A DNA stretch of 64,000 bases from a virus (taxonomy: Duplodnaviria; Heunggongvirae; Uroviricota; Caudoviricetes), in IMG/VR virus record IMGVR_UViG_3300031088_000793. The stretch is one strand, 5' to 3'. The position numbers and the translations under genes are program-made. Under the pieces are notes generated by a model. It saw nothing but the letters and a program-made list of their open reading frames with translations, was not told the origin of the DNA and ran no database searches. Below, in pieces: positions 27,795 to 37,315 of this stretch; within the stretch, counting starts at the first letter, position 1; each line of letters opens with the position of its first letter.

Positions 27795-28005
27795 TGGTCA
27801 GCGGCTCAAGAGCTTGAGCTCGATGGGGAGCGTGGCCCCCAGCACGGTGGCCGAGATCGCAGCGGGAACGGCCCGGAGCTGGCGGCGGAGGAGGGAGGCG
27901 AGCTTGCCGTGGTCGGCGCTGCCGGTGGAGCTGAGGGTGGGAGCCATGGCTCTGTCTACTTTCTGTGAGAGTGTGCTATCAGCCTGATGGCTGTGCTGCC
28001 GGAGA

Positions 28006-28470
28006 TTACTCGGCGGGGGTGCTCTGGCCGTTGAGCTTCGGAGCGAGCCGGAAGCTCTCGACCTGTTCGATGCCCTTCTGGGCTACCTCGGCTGGAGTGT
28101 AGATCCGGCTACCGGGATCCCTGGAGGTTCCAGCGTAGATCGGATTCTCCTCGGTGGAGAGCTTGCTCTCTGCGATGGTCTTGAGCGTGCCCAGAGCGTA
28201 GTCGAGCTGAACCTTCATGAGCCAGATGGCCTGGTCCAGTCGAGCCTCATCGGGTATCTTGAGCTCTACGGAGGCTCCGTCAGCCATGTGGTTGGCTGCG
28301 ATGTGCCGCTGGATGACTTCCCTGGGATCGGCGCCCCTTCGGAGCACTGCGCTGAGCTTAGCCTCGAGGGCCTCCTGCATCTCAGCGGGAATCTCCACCT
28401 GAAGCCCGTCACAGACACGGCGAACTTCGGCGTCAAGCGCTTCTTCGAATTCAGCATCCTGGGACATCAT
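28006..28470 (-). CDS. hypothetical protein, paralog family B (154 aa)
   Basis: C-terminal block ...SKLSTEENPIYAGTSRDPGSRIYTPAEVAQKG is shared with 28765..29208 and 30472..31341. Confidence 0.55.
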   Translation of the reverse strand: MMSQDAEFEEALDAEVRRVCDGLQVEIPAEMQEALEAKLSAVLRRGADPREVIQRHIAANHMADGASVELKIPDEARLDQAIWLMKVQLDYALGTLKTIAESKLSTEENPIYAGTSRDPGSRIYTPAEVAQKGIEQVESFRLAPKLNGQSTPAE

Positions 28471-28497
28471 CGCTATTTCCTCGATTCTCTTTGGAGC

Positions 28498-28722
28498 TCA
28501 GTCGGTGGGGTCGACCACGGGGAGAGTGATGGCTCCCGTGATCGCGGCCACATGGGCTTCGGTCAGAGCCTCCCGGAGCTGGGGAGGGAACTCGCTGCCG
28601 AAGCTCTCGATGAGCTCGTCGGCGGCTGCCAGAGCCTCGTCCTGGGAGGGAGTGGGGAGCTCTGAGTTCAGGCTGTCGGCCACTTCGGCCTCGATGGTCC
28701 GGTCGTACTCGAGATCTGCCAT
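28498..28722 (-). CDS. hypothetical acidic protein (74 aa)
   Basis: Minus-strand ORF. Confidence 0.45.
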   Translation of the reverse strand: MADLEYDRTIEAEVADSLNSELPTPSQDEALAAADELIESFGSEFPPQLREALTEAHVAAITGAITLPVVDPTD

Positions 28723-28764
28723 GGGATTCTCTCTTCCTTCGGGTCGGGTGCTGAGGGGATGGAG

Positions 28765-29208
28765 CTAGATGAGGGGAGCCAGGAGGCTGAGACTCTCCCG
28801 GGCGATCTGCGCCGGGGTGAAGATAGCGTTGCCGGGGGTGCGCTTAGTGGGATCTCCACCGTCGGCGTAGAGGGTCTCGGACTCCGAAGAGAGGCCGCCC
28901 TGGGCGATGAGATCCAGAGCGCTGCGCATCGCGGCGTGCTCCTTGAGAACCACTGCGAGCGCCCGGTCCTCGGGCTCGTTCTCGGGGATCGACAGGCTGC
29001 CGTCGGGCTGACCGTGGTAGCGGGCGAGCTTCTGGGCCAGGAACTGGGAGGGACTCGAGGCAGACTGAAGCCTCTTCCGGTAGTCAGCCACCATGCCCTC
29101 TGCGATTTCCTGAAGGTCCTCGGGGAGGGAAGTGAAGACGACGCTCTTCCGGTAGCGAGCCACCTCGGCCTCGATCCAGTCTTCCTGGGAAAGCTTGCTG
29201 TCAGCCAT
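28765..29208 (-). CDS. hypothetical protein, paralog family B (147 aa)
   Basis: Shared C-terminal block (ETLYADGGDPTKRTPGNAIFTPAQIARESL). Confidence 0.55.
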   Translation of the reverse strand: MADSKLSQEDWIEAEVARYRKSVVFTSLPEDLQEIAEGMVADYRKRLQSASSPSQFLAQKLARYHGQPDGSLSIPENEPEDRALAVVLKEHAAMRSALDLIAQGGLSSESETLYADGGDPTKRTPGNAIFTPAQIARESLSLLAPLI

Positions 29209-29211
29209 GGT

Positions 29212-29318
29212 CAGTTTCCGTTCTGTGGGGTGCGGCGGAAGGTTCGCACGGTGCGGCCCTTTCCGAGGGGGTAGCGGTAGGGCCTGGCCGGAGCCTTGGT
29301 CTGAGCGGTGGCGTCCAT
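29212..29318 (-). CDS. possible 35-aa basic peptide
   Basis: Small ORF (MDATAQTKAPARPYRYPLGKGRTVRTFRRTPQNGN) exactly 6 nt downstream of a consensus leaderless promoter (29325-29353). Confidence 0.3.
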
Positions 29319-29324
29319 GGGATC

Positions 29325-29353
29325 ATGCTACACCCAAAGGGAGATCCCCGCAA
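29325..29353 (-). promoter_or_regulatory. conserved leaderless promoter (-35 TTGCGG, N17, -10 TAGCAT)
   Basis: Embedded in the hairpin GATCCCCG-CAACCACCTGGGCTA-CGGGGATC. Confidence 0.45.
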
Positions 29354-29391
29354 CCACCTGGGCTACGGGGATCGGTGAGGCTTCGGCTGAG

Positions 29392-29694
29392 TCAGCGAGT
29401 GCGCTCTACCCAGACACCGCCCGGAGTGCGAGCGCCACCACCCGAAGCCGTGAGGATCCAGCCGATGCCGGCCTTGCTGATCCCCGGAGTGGTGAGCCGG
29501 TCGCCGACCTTGGCTCCGGCATCCACGGCCTTGAGCACGAGGTCCAGCGTGGTGCCGTCGTAGACGAAGCGAGTGAGGGAGGCCATGAGGTAGGCCGCGG
29601 TCCTGCTGCGAGCGCCGAAGACTCCGGAGAGCGCCTCAGCAGCCGCGGTGGGCGTGGCGATCTTGGCGGAGCGGGCGAGCGTGGGGATAGCCAT
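29392..29694 (-). CDS. hypothetical protein (100 aa)
   Basis: Minus-strand ORF. Confidence 0.45.
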   Translation of the reverse strand: MAIPTLARSAKIATPTAAAEALSGVFGARSRTAAYLMASLTRFVYDGTTLDLVLKAVDAGAKVGDRLTTPGISKAGIGWILTASGGGARTPGGVWVERTR

Positions 29695-29698
29695 GGCC

Positions 29699-29962
29699 CT
29701 AGGCCAGCTTCTGGATCATGGCGTCGAGGCCGGGAGCTGCCTTGTGGGCGCCCTGGGGGTGGCGAAGGCCGAGCTCGACGCGGAGGAAGTCGATGAGCTC
29801 ATCCCGGGTCAGGCCCTCGCTGGGGAGCTTGTGGACAGCCTCTTCGAAGCTCTCCTCGATGAGGGAGTGAGCATCATCGAGGGCGTCGAAGCGAGCGGTC
29901 TCCTTGATCTCCTTCTCGGTCTTCTTGGGCTTCTTCGGGGCGGGGGTGGTGTTGGCGTCCAT
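29699..29962 (-). CDS. hypothetical protein (~87 aa; start MDANTT)
   Basis: The second ATG is 6 nt downstream of -10 TACGAT with TTGCGG 17 nt upstream, making the gene leaderless. Confidence 0.5.
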   Translation of the reverse strand: MDANTTPAPKKPKKTEKEIKETARFDALDDAHSLIEESFEEAVHKLPSEGLTRDELIDFLRVELGLRHPQGAHKAAPGLDAMIQKLA

Positions 29963-29969
29963 GGGGCAA

Positions 29970-29998
29970 TCGTACATGGAGCAGAAGAGCCCCGCAAC
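29970..29998 (-). promoter_or_regulatory. conserved leaderless promoter inside the palindrome GAGCCCCGCAA...TTGCGGGGCTC
   Basis: -35 TTGCGG, N17, -10 TACGAT, N6, ATG. Confidence 0.45.
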
Positions 29999-30052
29999 CG
30001 TCAGATTGCGGGGCTCGATCCGGAATCGCTCCCGGTGAATCTACATCTTGCT

Positions 30053-30367
30053 TCAGTTGAGGAGATCTTTCTTGTTCACTGTCCAGGTGTGGACAGGCCT
30101 GGGCTGAGCGATCTCATCGCAGAGGTACTGGGTGACCTTGACGGTGCCGGTGGGAGCCAGCGTGTAGTCGAACTTCAGCTCGGTCCAGTGGACCAGCTCT
30201 GCCTTGAGATCTCGACCCTCGGTGGCCTGGATGTGCTTCAGCGCGGCGTTCTCGAGGTACTTGGCCAGAGCACGCTTCGTGGCCTTGGCGGCCTTGAGCT
30301 CACCGATGGTGTTGGCATCCGTGAGCTTCGTCGCGGCGAGCTTGGCCTGGTAAGTGTTCTTCTTCAT
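30053..30367 (-). CDS. hypothetical basic protein (~105 aa; start MKKNTYQ)
   Basis: Internal start of track ORF 30053..30505, which avoids overlap with the upstream gene. Confidence 0.45.
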   Translation of the reverse strand: MKKNTYQAKLAATKLTDANTIGELKAAKATKRALAKYLENAALKHIQATEGRDLKAELVHWTELKFDYTLAPTGTVKVTQYLCDEIAQPRPVHTWTVNKKDLLN

Positions 30368-30471
30368 GGTTCTGCTTCTTCCTTGTTGTTGGCGGGCGTT
30401 CAAGTAACCCCGTGGTCGTGGTGCGTACAGATGAAACAGTACACCCTGATGCCTATCAGCGCAACCGAGCC

Positions 30472-31341
30472 TCAGCGGCCGAGCTTGACCTCCTTGAGCC
30501 TCCACTGAACGAAGTCGTCGAGGCCGTGCTGAGCGACCTCTCTCGGCGTGAAGATCGAGTTGCCGGGGCTGACATTGCCGCCCGCGTAGACGCGCTCGTG
30601 CTCGCAGGAGAGCTTCGAAGTGGAGATGACCTCCAGGGTGGCCCTGGCGATGTTGACATGGTGAGCCAGGAGGAAGGCTGCCTCGTCCCGGGTCCCCTTG
30701 GGCACAGCGACTTCCCGGCCCTTCAGCCCGTAGCGCTCCGAGATCAGCGAGCCGATGTAGTAGGCTGGGTTCAGGTTGCCGACGATCTGGCGCTCGATCT
30801 CCTCGGTGAGCACAGCGAGGAGCTGAACCACATCGAGATCTGCGGTGTTGAGGCTCTGGAAACTCTCGAGGTTGGAGATGAGCCGCTGAATCTCAGCGGC
30901 TCGCTCCTCCGGATCGGCGAGGTTCGCCTCGCTCGTGGTCCCATCGGGTAGAACTCCGCCGAAGCTTCCCCGCTCCGGCGTCCGACTGAGAGCCGAGATG
31001 GCCAGGGCCTGGGGAGTGGGGAAGTCGGAGCCCTCGGGGGCGGGGTGGCGACCGCAGTCGAACCACTCGCTCCCGACGATCTCCTTCAGGGCGCGCTTGA
31101 GGTGGGCGAGCTCAGTGAGCAGTGCGCTCAGCGCCTGGAGCTCCGGAACCTTTGCCGACTCGGGAAGGAGTGCGCCCTCGGAGTCCCGGTGCAGCCTGTT
31201 GAGGTAGTGGTTGATCCCGGCGAAGGGGTCCCGGAGCTCCTCGAGGAGCTCTTCCCGGGTGAGCTCCTTCTCTCCGCGCTCGCTGCGAAGCTTGAGTGCT
31301 TCCTCGATGCTCTTGGCCGTGGCCAACTTCTCTGCTACCAT
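30472..31341 (-). CDS. hypothetical protein, paralog family B, long form (289 aa)
   Basis: C-terminal block (ERVYAGGNVSPGNSIFTPREVAQHG) is shared with 28006 and 28765. AGGAG Shine-Dalgarno 9 nt upstream. Confidence 0.6.
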   Translation of the reverse strand: MVAEKLATAKSIEEALKLRSERGEKELTREELLEELRDPFAGINHYLNRLHRDSEGALLPESAKVPELQALSALLTELAHLKRALKEIVGSEWFDCGRHPAPEGSDFPTPQALAISALSRTPERGSFGGVLPDGTTSEANLADPEERAAEIQRLISNLESFQSLNTADLDVVQLLAVLTEEIERQIVGNLNPAYYIGSLISERYGLKGREVAVPKGTRDEAAFLLAHHVNIARATLEVISTSKLSCEHERVYAGGNVSPGNSIFTPREVAQHGLDDFVQWRLKEVKLGR

Positions 31342-31384
31342 GCTGATGCTCCTGGCTGAATGTGGTGGATGGTTCTACTACACA

Positions 31385-31413
31385 ACGCTACACCAACGGG
31401 AAGAGCCCCGCAA
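31385..31413 (-). promoter_or_regulatory. conserved promoter (-35 TTGCGG, N17, -10 TAGCGT) with a ~35-nt leader
   Basis: Sits inside the hairpin GAGCCCCG-CAACCGCTAGGGCTA-CGGGGCTC. Compared with the hairpin at 29341, the stem covaries and the loop is conserved. Confidence 0.45.
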
Positions 31414-31450
31414 CCGCTAGGGCTACGGGGCTCTCCGTGTCGCTCAGGTG

Positions 31451-32491
31451 TTACTGGGTGGGAGCGGGCGCCGAGCTACCGGGGACCACGACTGCCGATC
31501 CACCACCGGGCCAGCAGCTGAAACCTGCGGGCAGCGTGTAGTTGCTCTGCGAGGCGTCCTTGAGCAGGTCGAAGCAGCGCGAGACGAGCACATTGGGGTC
31601 GTTGCTCACCGAGTCGGAGAGCTCCTGGTTGGCTCGAGCCTGAGCCTTGGCGGTCTCTTCCTGCTGCGTGGCGATCCGGGTCTCACCGATGGCGGCCACA
31701 TAGTCGTCGAGCTTGCGCTGCGTGTTGTCCGAGAGCTTAAGGTAGGAGAAGGTGATGCCCTCGATCTGAGCCTGGTCCTTCTCCGAGAGGCGCTCCTTCA
31801 TGTCGTCCTCGATGACCTTGGAGATCTCGCCGTAGTCGGGAGCGAAGGACAGGTCCACCGAGAGCTCGTCGCTGCCGACGGACTTGAGCTGAGCGATGGG
31901 GTTGTAGTCCTTCAGGGCTTCCTGGACCGACTGCTTGAGCTGGGTGCTCACGATGGCCGAGCGGAAGGACATGGTGGGGTCGTCGGAGCGGTGCTGCTCG
32001 TAGACGCCGGCGGCCTTCTCAGGGTTGATCTGCCAGCGGTTCACGATGTCAGCACAGCCCTGGCTGCCGTCACCGATGCGGACGGGGATGCAGGCTTCGC
32101 CCTCGTACTGGTCGGTCTGGATAGTGCCGTCGATCTCGACGACCTTGGTCCAGGGTGCCTTCAGGTGGGGGCCGGGGTTCAGGGTCTTCTCCGAGACGGC
32201 GCCGAAGTTGACGGCGACGCCGACATTCTTCGCCGAGACGGTGGTGAAGGCCATGGAGATGAGGATGACCAGTGCGACGGTCGAGACCAGGACGCCACCC
32301 CAGCGGATGCCGTTGCTGGCGAGGCTCGCGGCCTTCAGTCGGCTGATCTGCTTCTCGGTGCCGAGGCCGTCAGCCTGAGCCTTGGCCAGGGTCTGGTCGG
32401 CGATCTTCCGGCGCTTGGAGCCGGTGCGGATGGCGGTGAGCCCTCCGAGGAGAACGATGAGGAGGAACACTGTTCCGAATACTGCGCCCAT
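31451..32491 (-). CDS. SPFH/band-7 (prohibitin/HflKC-like) domain membrane protein
   Basis: N-terminal TM helix, then NVGVAVNFGAVS...PGPHLKAPWTKVVEIDGTIQTD, typical of an SPFH domain, followed by a coiled-coil rich C-terminus. Confidence 0.65.
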   Translation of the reverse strand: MGAVFGTVFLLIVLLGGLTAIRTGSKRRKIADQTLAKAQADGLGTEKQISRLKAASLASNGIRWGGVLVSTVALVILISMAFTTVSAKNVGVAVNFGAVSEKTLNPGPHLKAPWTKVVEIDGTIQTDQYEGEACIPVRIGDGSQGCADIVNRWQINPEKAAGVYEQHRSDDPTMSFRSAIVSTQLKQSVQEALKDYNPIAQLKSVGSDELSVDLSFAPDYGEISKVIEDDMKERLSEKDQAQIEGITFSYLKLSDNTQRKLDDYVAAIGETRIATQQEETAKAQARANQELSDSVSNDPNVLVSRCFDLLKDASQSNYTLPAGFSCWPGGGSAVVVPGSSAPAPTQ

Positions 32492-32560
32492 TGCGTAGTA
32501 CCTTTCGATGTGGTGGTGGATTGGGACAAGGAATACATTACACGGTGCTCAGCACCGAGG

Positions 32561-32935
32561 TCAAATCGAGCTCTTTCCAGCTGCGCTTTGAGGTGGCGTT
32601 CCGGCAGACCAGTCGAAGCTCATGCCGAAGTCCTCATCCAGAGACCAGGCTTCGATGAACTCCTCGTAGCTGTCTCCGGTGAGCCTCCGGAGGATCTGAT
32701 CCACAAGCCACTGCTGCTCACCGCTGCCGGGGAGCTGACCGTGGAGCTGAAGGAGCTCTAGGATCTGAGCACCGCTGCTTCGAGCCACTTCGGGATCCGA
32801 GGAAAGATACGGAAGGAAGGTAGACCAGCTCGGAAGCGGCTCAGAGCTCATCTCCAGCTGGACCTGCGGCCGACGGCGGAGTCGAAGCCGCTCGAGGAGG
32901 CCGATCCAGATACTTCTGATGCTGTGCTTAGCCAT
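32561..32935 (-). CDS. hypothetical protein (124 aa)
   Basis: Minus-strand ORF. Confidence 0.5.
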   Translation of the reverse strand: MAKHSIRSIWIGLLERLRLRRRPQVQLEMSSEPLPSWSTFLPYLSSDPEVARSSGAQILELLQLHGQLPGSGEQQWLVDQILRRLTGDSYEEFIEAWSLDEDFGMSFDWSAGTPPQSAAGKSSI

Positions 32936-32970
32936 GCTGTTTCCTTCCTTCCGTGCTCGATCCTAGAGGA

Positions 32971-34080
32971 TCAGTTCTGAGCTTCTGCGAGGGAGAGCTC
33001 CACGGTACGCTCAACGGCTAGCTCTCGAAGCCGAAGATCGGTGGCCTCCTTGATGGACTTGGAGAGTTCGTACTGAAGCTCGTCTGCTCCAGCAGAGACG
33101 GGCGCGCCGAGCACCACGATCTTGCTGATGCGCTCGTAGGGTCCCCGGTAGATCCGGTAGGAAACCTCAGCTTCGAGCATGGCTCCAAAGCTCTCGTCGT
33201 CACCCTTGAGCCTGCGGCGAGCGTTGCGCGCACGGACAGCGAGCTTCGGGTCGGGAGTCTCGTCGAGAGGAGATCCCTGGAGCTGCAGGAACTCTTCGGC
33301 CTGAGCCCTGATCTCTTCCTGGAATGCCTTGGTAGCTGCCAACTCCAGCACGGGAATGAGCAAAGAGGCGCCGGTAAGCTTCAGGATCTCGAAGAAGATC
33401 TCACTGTTGGAGTACTCGCTTGCTAGCGCTCCTTCGAGCTGAGGGAGGTCAAATTCCCCCAGCTCTTCGATCAGTGCGGAGAGCTGCTCCGTGCTGGTCA
33501 CCGAGTTCAACAGCGCATCGAAGCCGATTGCGCTGGCGATCACACCTCGAGTGAGCTCCTCGCTGTCCGTCTCGACGAGCTCTCTGAGCACTGCCGTCTT
33601 GAGCTCATCGGTGACCTTGACCTTCCCCGACCGGATCAGCTGGGCGGCGACGAAGGGACTGAGCTCGAACCAGAAGTCCTGAATCTCCTTGGAGGAGAGG
33701 TACTCAGCGTTGTCGGCGTCTGCGTTGAGTGCCGCTACTCGGACCTCTCGGCTCACCAGGGGGTGGCGGATGAGCTCGACGCCCTTCGGTGGCACAGTGG
33801 GGTAGAACGGCCGCCTGCTGTGCCTGAAGAGCTCGCTGCGCTCCGCGATGGCCTCCTCACTGACATCCTTGGCAGAGAAGAACCAGATCGCGGTGGCCAC
33901 ATCACCTGAGCTGTCGATGTAGTCCAGGAGCTTGTCTTCGAGCTCCTCCGAGATCAGGTTGGGGTCGAGCCCCTTGGAGTTGCTCCAGAAGAGATCTTGG
34001 GTGGTGCCCCAGGGGCTCAGTGCCTCGAGGACAGCTCGCTCTGTGCGGAGCTCTTCGAGCTCGAGTGTGGTGTTGTCCAT
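32971..34080 (-). CDS. hypothetical protein (369 aa)
   Basis: Long minus-strand ORF. Confidence 0.55.
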   Translation of the reverse strand: MDNTTLELEELRTERAVLEALSPWGTTQDLFWSNSKGLDPNLISEELEDKLLDYIDSSGDVATAIWFFSAKDVSEEAIAERSELFRHSRRPFYPTVPPKGVELIRHPLVSREVRVAALNADADNAEYLSSKEIQDFWFELSPFVAAQLIRSGKVKVTDELKTAVLRELVETDSEELTRGVIASAIGFDALLNSVTSTEQLSALIEELGEFDLPQLEGALASEYSNSEIFFEILKLTGASLLIPVLELAATKAFQEEIRAQAEEFLQLQGSPLDETPDPKLAVRARNARRRLKGDDESFGAMLEAEVSYRIYRGPYERISKIVVLGAPVSAGADELQYELSKSIKEATDLRLRELAVERTVELSLAEAQN

Positions 34081-34152
34081 GGTGTTCTCCTACTGTTCTG
34101 CCTGTCAGGGCGTCGGTTAAAGATCAGGTCTGTGAAAAGCTGTGGGCAGATC

Positions 34153-34908
34153 CTACTGGCTGCTGAGCCTCGGAGCGCTGGCGGAGCGTGGTTCAGCTCT
34201 AGCGCGCTCCCTGGAGAGCTCAGAGAGCAAGGCGAGGGCAGCAGAGGGACTGAAGCCGAAGAGCGTAGCGCCTCCCTGCTTCGAGACCCAGCGCTGGCGC
34301 TCCCCGTCGGTGGAGAGCTTGCCGTACTCGCGCCTCTCTGCTCCAGAAAGGTCCTGCCAGAAGCGCTTCGTGTTTCGCTCCACGGCATCCCTCCGGCGAC
34401 GCTCCTCAGCGTCCTCGGAGCGCTGGCGGCGCACTATCTCTCGCTCGATCTCTCGGAGTGCCTTTGACTGTCGCACTGAGCGTTCCGGAGAGAGCTGGAG
34501 CCCTCCGAAGTGCTCGCTGCAGATGAGCTCATCGAGGAGCTGAATCTCTGCAGTTCCTGGAAGGCTGCCGGAATCTGCGCCGAAGGCAGCGCTGTAGAGT
34601 CCCAGGGAGAGGAGCCACTGCTGGCGACTCTCGGCGTCGGGGAGCTCAGCGAAGTCCTGCCAGTCCGAGGCTGGAACCGAGGAGATTGCTCGGAGCTGCC
34701 GCTGGGAATCGACCTGCTGGAGCTTCAGCTCCTCCTCGATCTGGAGCATGGTCGAATCGAGCTTGCCTCCCCGGGACTTGCTCCGAGGCGAGATGTGCTT
34801 CAGTGCGCCGAGGCTGGCTGCGATGGAGGAGCTCAGCTGGAGTCGACGCCTTCGGGCTTCGGCTCTAGCAGCCGCAGGGCCCTGCGGCTGATCGGTCTCT
34901 CTCGCCAT
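34153..34908 (-). CDS. hypothetical Arg-rich protein (251 aa)
   Basis: Downstream of promoter 34981-35009 and the 18-bp repeat plus hairpin element. Confidence 0.55.
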   Translation of the reverse strand: MARETDQPQGPAAARAEARRRRLQLSSSIAASLGALKHISPRSKSRGGKLDSTMLQIEEELKLQQVDSQRQLRAISSVPASDWQDFAELPDAESRQQWLLSLGLYSAAFGADSGSLPGTAEIQLLDELICSEHFGGLQLSPERSVRQSKALREIEREIVRRQRSEDAEERRRRDAVERNTKRFWQDLSGAERREYGKLSTDGERQRWVSKQGGATLFGFSPSAALALLSELSRERARAEPRSASAPRLSSQ

Positions 34909-34980
34909 CGGCTCTTACTCCATCTTTGGGCCGAGCTATGCTCAGCTGCTAACAGTGTTCTTCCAGAACTCCTGTGGCCT

Positions 34981-35009
34981 ATTCTATACGCTGAGACTGC
35001 TTCCCGCAA
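34981..35009 (-). promoter_or_regulatory. conserved promoter (-35 TTGCGG, N17, -10 TAGAAT)
   Basis: Family motif with a ~75-nt leader and a GGAG Shine-Dalgarno. Confidence 0.45.
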
Positions 35010-35088
35010 CCACCGAAATCCAGTCGCTGAAGATCAGCACTCGAGGATCGGGATCTGCACTCTGCTGACCTCCCTGAGGAGTAGATTT

Positions 35089-35146
35089 TGACAGTCTGAG
35101 CGCGCAGCCTAGAGGGGTTGCCCCTTCGACCCTCTAGGCTGCGCTA
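35089..35146. repeat. second copy of the 18-bp motif CAGTCTGAGCGCGCAGCC plus a 15-bp perfect inverted repeat
   Basis: GCGCAGCCTAGAGGG...CCCTCTAGGCTGCGC with a 15-nt loop. The 18-mer is identical to the one at 14010-14027. Confidence 0.5.
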
Positions 35147-35231
35147 AGCTGGATAGTCTGGCACTATCCTAAGGATGGTCGCTTTCGCATGACGACGAAG
35201 CTTCCATGACTTTCAGTGAAAAGATGGGTGG

Positions 35232-35537
35232 CTAGAGGGCTTTCTTTTCGGCAGCCTCAACGGTCAGAAGCTCTCTGTAGAACAGCTCGAAGCGAAGCTT
35301 AGCCCTGTTTGACGCGAACTTGAGTAGCATGGCGGTGACGAAGAGCAACGGCAGGCAGGGGTAGAAGATGCTGGCTGGCAACAGGTAGCCCATCAGGCCG
35401 CCGAAGATGACGATCAGCGCAGTGGAGATCAGGCCGAAGTGCCTGTAGAGAGGCTTGAGCACTCGAAGCTTGCGCTGAGTTCGAGCGAGCGCCTTTGCTT
35501 CGGGCTTGCTGAGGGCTTCACCGTCGAGGAGAATCAT
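35232..35537 (-). CDS. small membrane protein (101 aa)
   Basis: Two hydrophobic helices. Confidence 0.45.
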   Translation of the reverse strand: MILLDGEALSKPEAKALARTQRKLRVLKPLYRHFGLISTALIVIFGGLMGYLLPASIFYPCLPLLFVTAMLLKFASNRAKLRFELFYRELLTVEAAEKKAL

Positions 35538-35636
35538 GGTTAGCCTTTCAGCTGAGTGGAGTATGGATGAGCTATCAGTTCAGGATGGCAGGGCGGAACT
35601 TGTCTACCATGAGCTTATTCTACAACCATCTCTCGC

Positions 35637-35900
35637 TCAGCGCAATAGGAACCTTCGAAGACCGAGAGTGAATACGAGCGACGCTCCAAGGATCAGAGCC
35701 CAGCCCAGGGGATCGCTCGCGAGGAGGGGCTCGGGGGTGTCATTGAGAACAGGCGCGCAGAGCTCATAGCTACCCACGCAGCCGCTCGCAACGGTGGTCA
35801 TCAGACCCACCCAGAGAAGTGCGGCCACGGCCAGGAAGGATCCCAGGAACACAAGGCTGCTCACCATCCGCGCCTCGGTCGACTCTTTCAGCTTTGCCAT
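35637..35900 (-). CDS. small membrane protein (87 aa)
   Basis: Two hydrophobic helices. Confidence 0.45.
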   Translation of the reverse strand: MAKLKESTEARMVSSLVFLGSFLAVAALLWVGLMTTVASGCVGSYELCAPVLNDTPEPLLASDPLGWALILGASLVFTLGLRRFLLR

Positions 35901-35970
35901 AGTAGATCCCTCCGTCGGGACTGACTATCGCTGGGAGAGGCGTCCAGGCTCAGTCGAAGCTTCTGGCTTC

Positions 35971-37188
35971 TTAGTTCTCGCCCTCGTATTCGTAGGTCTT
36001 TCCCCGCCTGTCGAGCTCAATGGCCGCCTCAGCGAAGCCCGAGAGGTCGTGATTCCCTCGAACCCCTCCAGGGCCGCTTCCGAAGCGGGAGAGGATCTCG
36101 GGCGAGACCTCGCGAATCTCCGTGCCGTAGTAGCTACGGATGTCCTCTGCGCTCTTGACTCCGTAGGCGTCGATGAAGCTGCCTGGACTCTCCTTGCTCT
36201 CTACGAAGGCGTGGGCCACATGGTCTCCGAGCTGGCCCCTGGCTGCGGCTCCATCCAGAGTCACACCTGGTGGCAGTTGCTCATCCATCGCAAAGAAGAC
36301 TCGGCCGCCCTGCTTCTCGTGGATGGCCATAGCCAGATCTCCACAGAGGCCGTTGACGAGGTAGTGGCGCGTCTTCGGATCACTGAGATCACCGTCAGCC
36401 ACGGCCACAGCACCGAGGTCGAGATTCAGCTGAACAGTGCCTCGCTCTTCGGCTCCGGGCTGAGCGATGGAGGGAAGTTCCTCTTCTTCGTAGCCGTCCT
36501 CGAAGTCCTCATCCTCGGATTCTTCGAAGTCTTCCCAGCTCAGACCGTCGAGATCCTGAGCGTAGCGCTCGCCTCTACCGTCGAGCTCGATGGCGCTCTG
36601 AGCGAAGCGGCCGAGCCGGTCAGCGCTTTCGCTGTTGCCGAAGTGCTGGAGCATCTCGGGAGTGCCGCGGAGGATGGCCGCATCCTCTCCGTAGCTGTCG
36701 CCCAGGGACTCCGCATCCTGTCTGCCGTAGCTGTCGAGGAACTCCCCCGGAGTGCTCGGCGACTCGAGCACCACATGGGTACTGGCTGCTATCACGGCGT
36801 TGGGCTCCTCAGCGAAGGCCCGGGCAAGATCCTCCTCGCTCTGGTAGCTGAAGGAGAGGAAGTAGGGAGTGCCGCCAGTCTGCCGGTGAATGGCCAAAGC
36901 GAGATCGCCGCAGAGCCCGCCGCTGAGGGCCATTCGCGCCCGAGCGTCGCTGAGGTCACCGTCCAGCACTTCCCACTCGCCGAAGTTGCTGCTGAGGACC
37001 ATGGTCGAAGCATCGGCGAAGCCACTCTGAGCGACTGGAGGGAGGGCTCCACCCATCTGCTCTGCGAAGGCGCTCTCTGCCTCGGCCGCCGAATCGTAGT
37101 GGCCGTCGGCCTCGTAGGGGCATCTTCCGACCTCTGCCCCACAGGGCGCGGGGCCGTCGGGGCTCAGGTGGATCTGTCCTCGTGCCAT
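35971..37188 (-). CDS. hypothetical protein, paralog family C, with internally duplicated domain (405 aa)
   Basis: Two copies of a ~170-aa module (DGDLSD...GLCGDLA(L/M)AIH...FA(Q/E)(S/A)AIELD(G/R)RG). The N-terminus G.IHLSPDGPAPCG..GRCPYE matches 37721..38365. Confidence 0.6.
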   Translation of the reverse strand: MARGQIHLSPDGPAPCGAEVGRCPYEADGHYDSAAEAESAFAEQMGGALPPVAQSGFADASTMVLSSNFGEWEVLDGDLSDARARMALSGGLCGDLALAIHRQTGGTPYFLSFSYQSEEDLARAFAEEPNAVIAASTHVVLESPSTPGEFLDSYGRQDAESLGDSYGEDAAILRGTPEMLQHFGNSESADRLGRFAQSAIELDGRGERYAQDLDGLSWEDFEESEDEDFEDGYEEEELPSIAQPGAEERGTVQLNLDLGAVAVADGDLSDPKTRHYLVNGLCGDLAMAIHEKQGGRVFFAMDEQLPPGVTLDGAAARGQLGDHVAHAFVESKESPGSFIDAYGVKSAEDIRSYYGTEIREVSPEILSRFGSGPGGVRGNHDLSGFAEAAIELDRRGKTYEYEGEN

Positions 37189-37315
37189 TGCTGTTCCTCC
37201 AGGTTCAGAGCTCTATCTAACGAGCCTTCTCTAGGCCTTGAGCGCTGCTAGGCTGCGCCCTGAGCGCCCGCTACTGTCAGAACGACGGCATGCTGCGACC
37301 ATCGTAACTGAGGGC

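Noticed and set aside
27797-27948. 50-aa minus-strand ORF in the 200-bp gap before 28006..28470
   Set aside because: No promoter-family motif or Shine-Dalgarno is evident and the composition is Ala/Leu-rich. It is possibly real, but support is too weak to list it.
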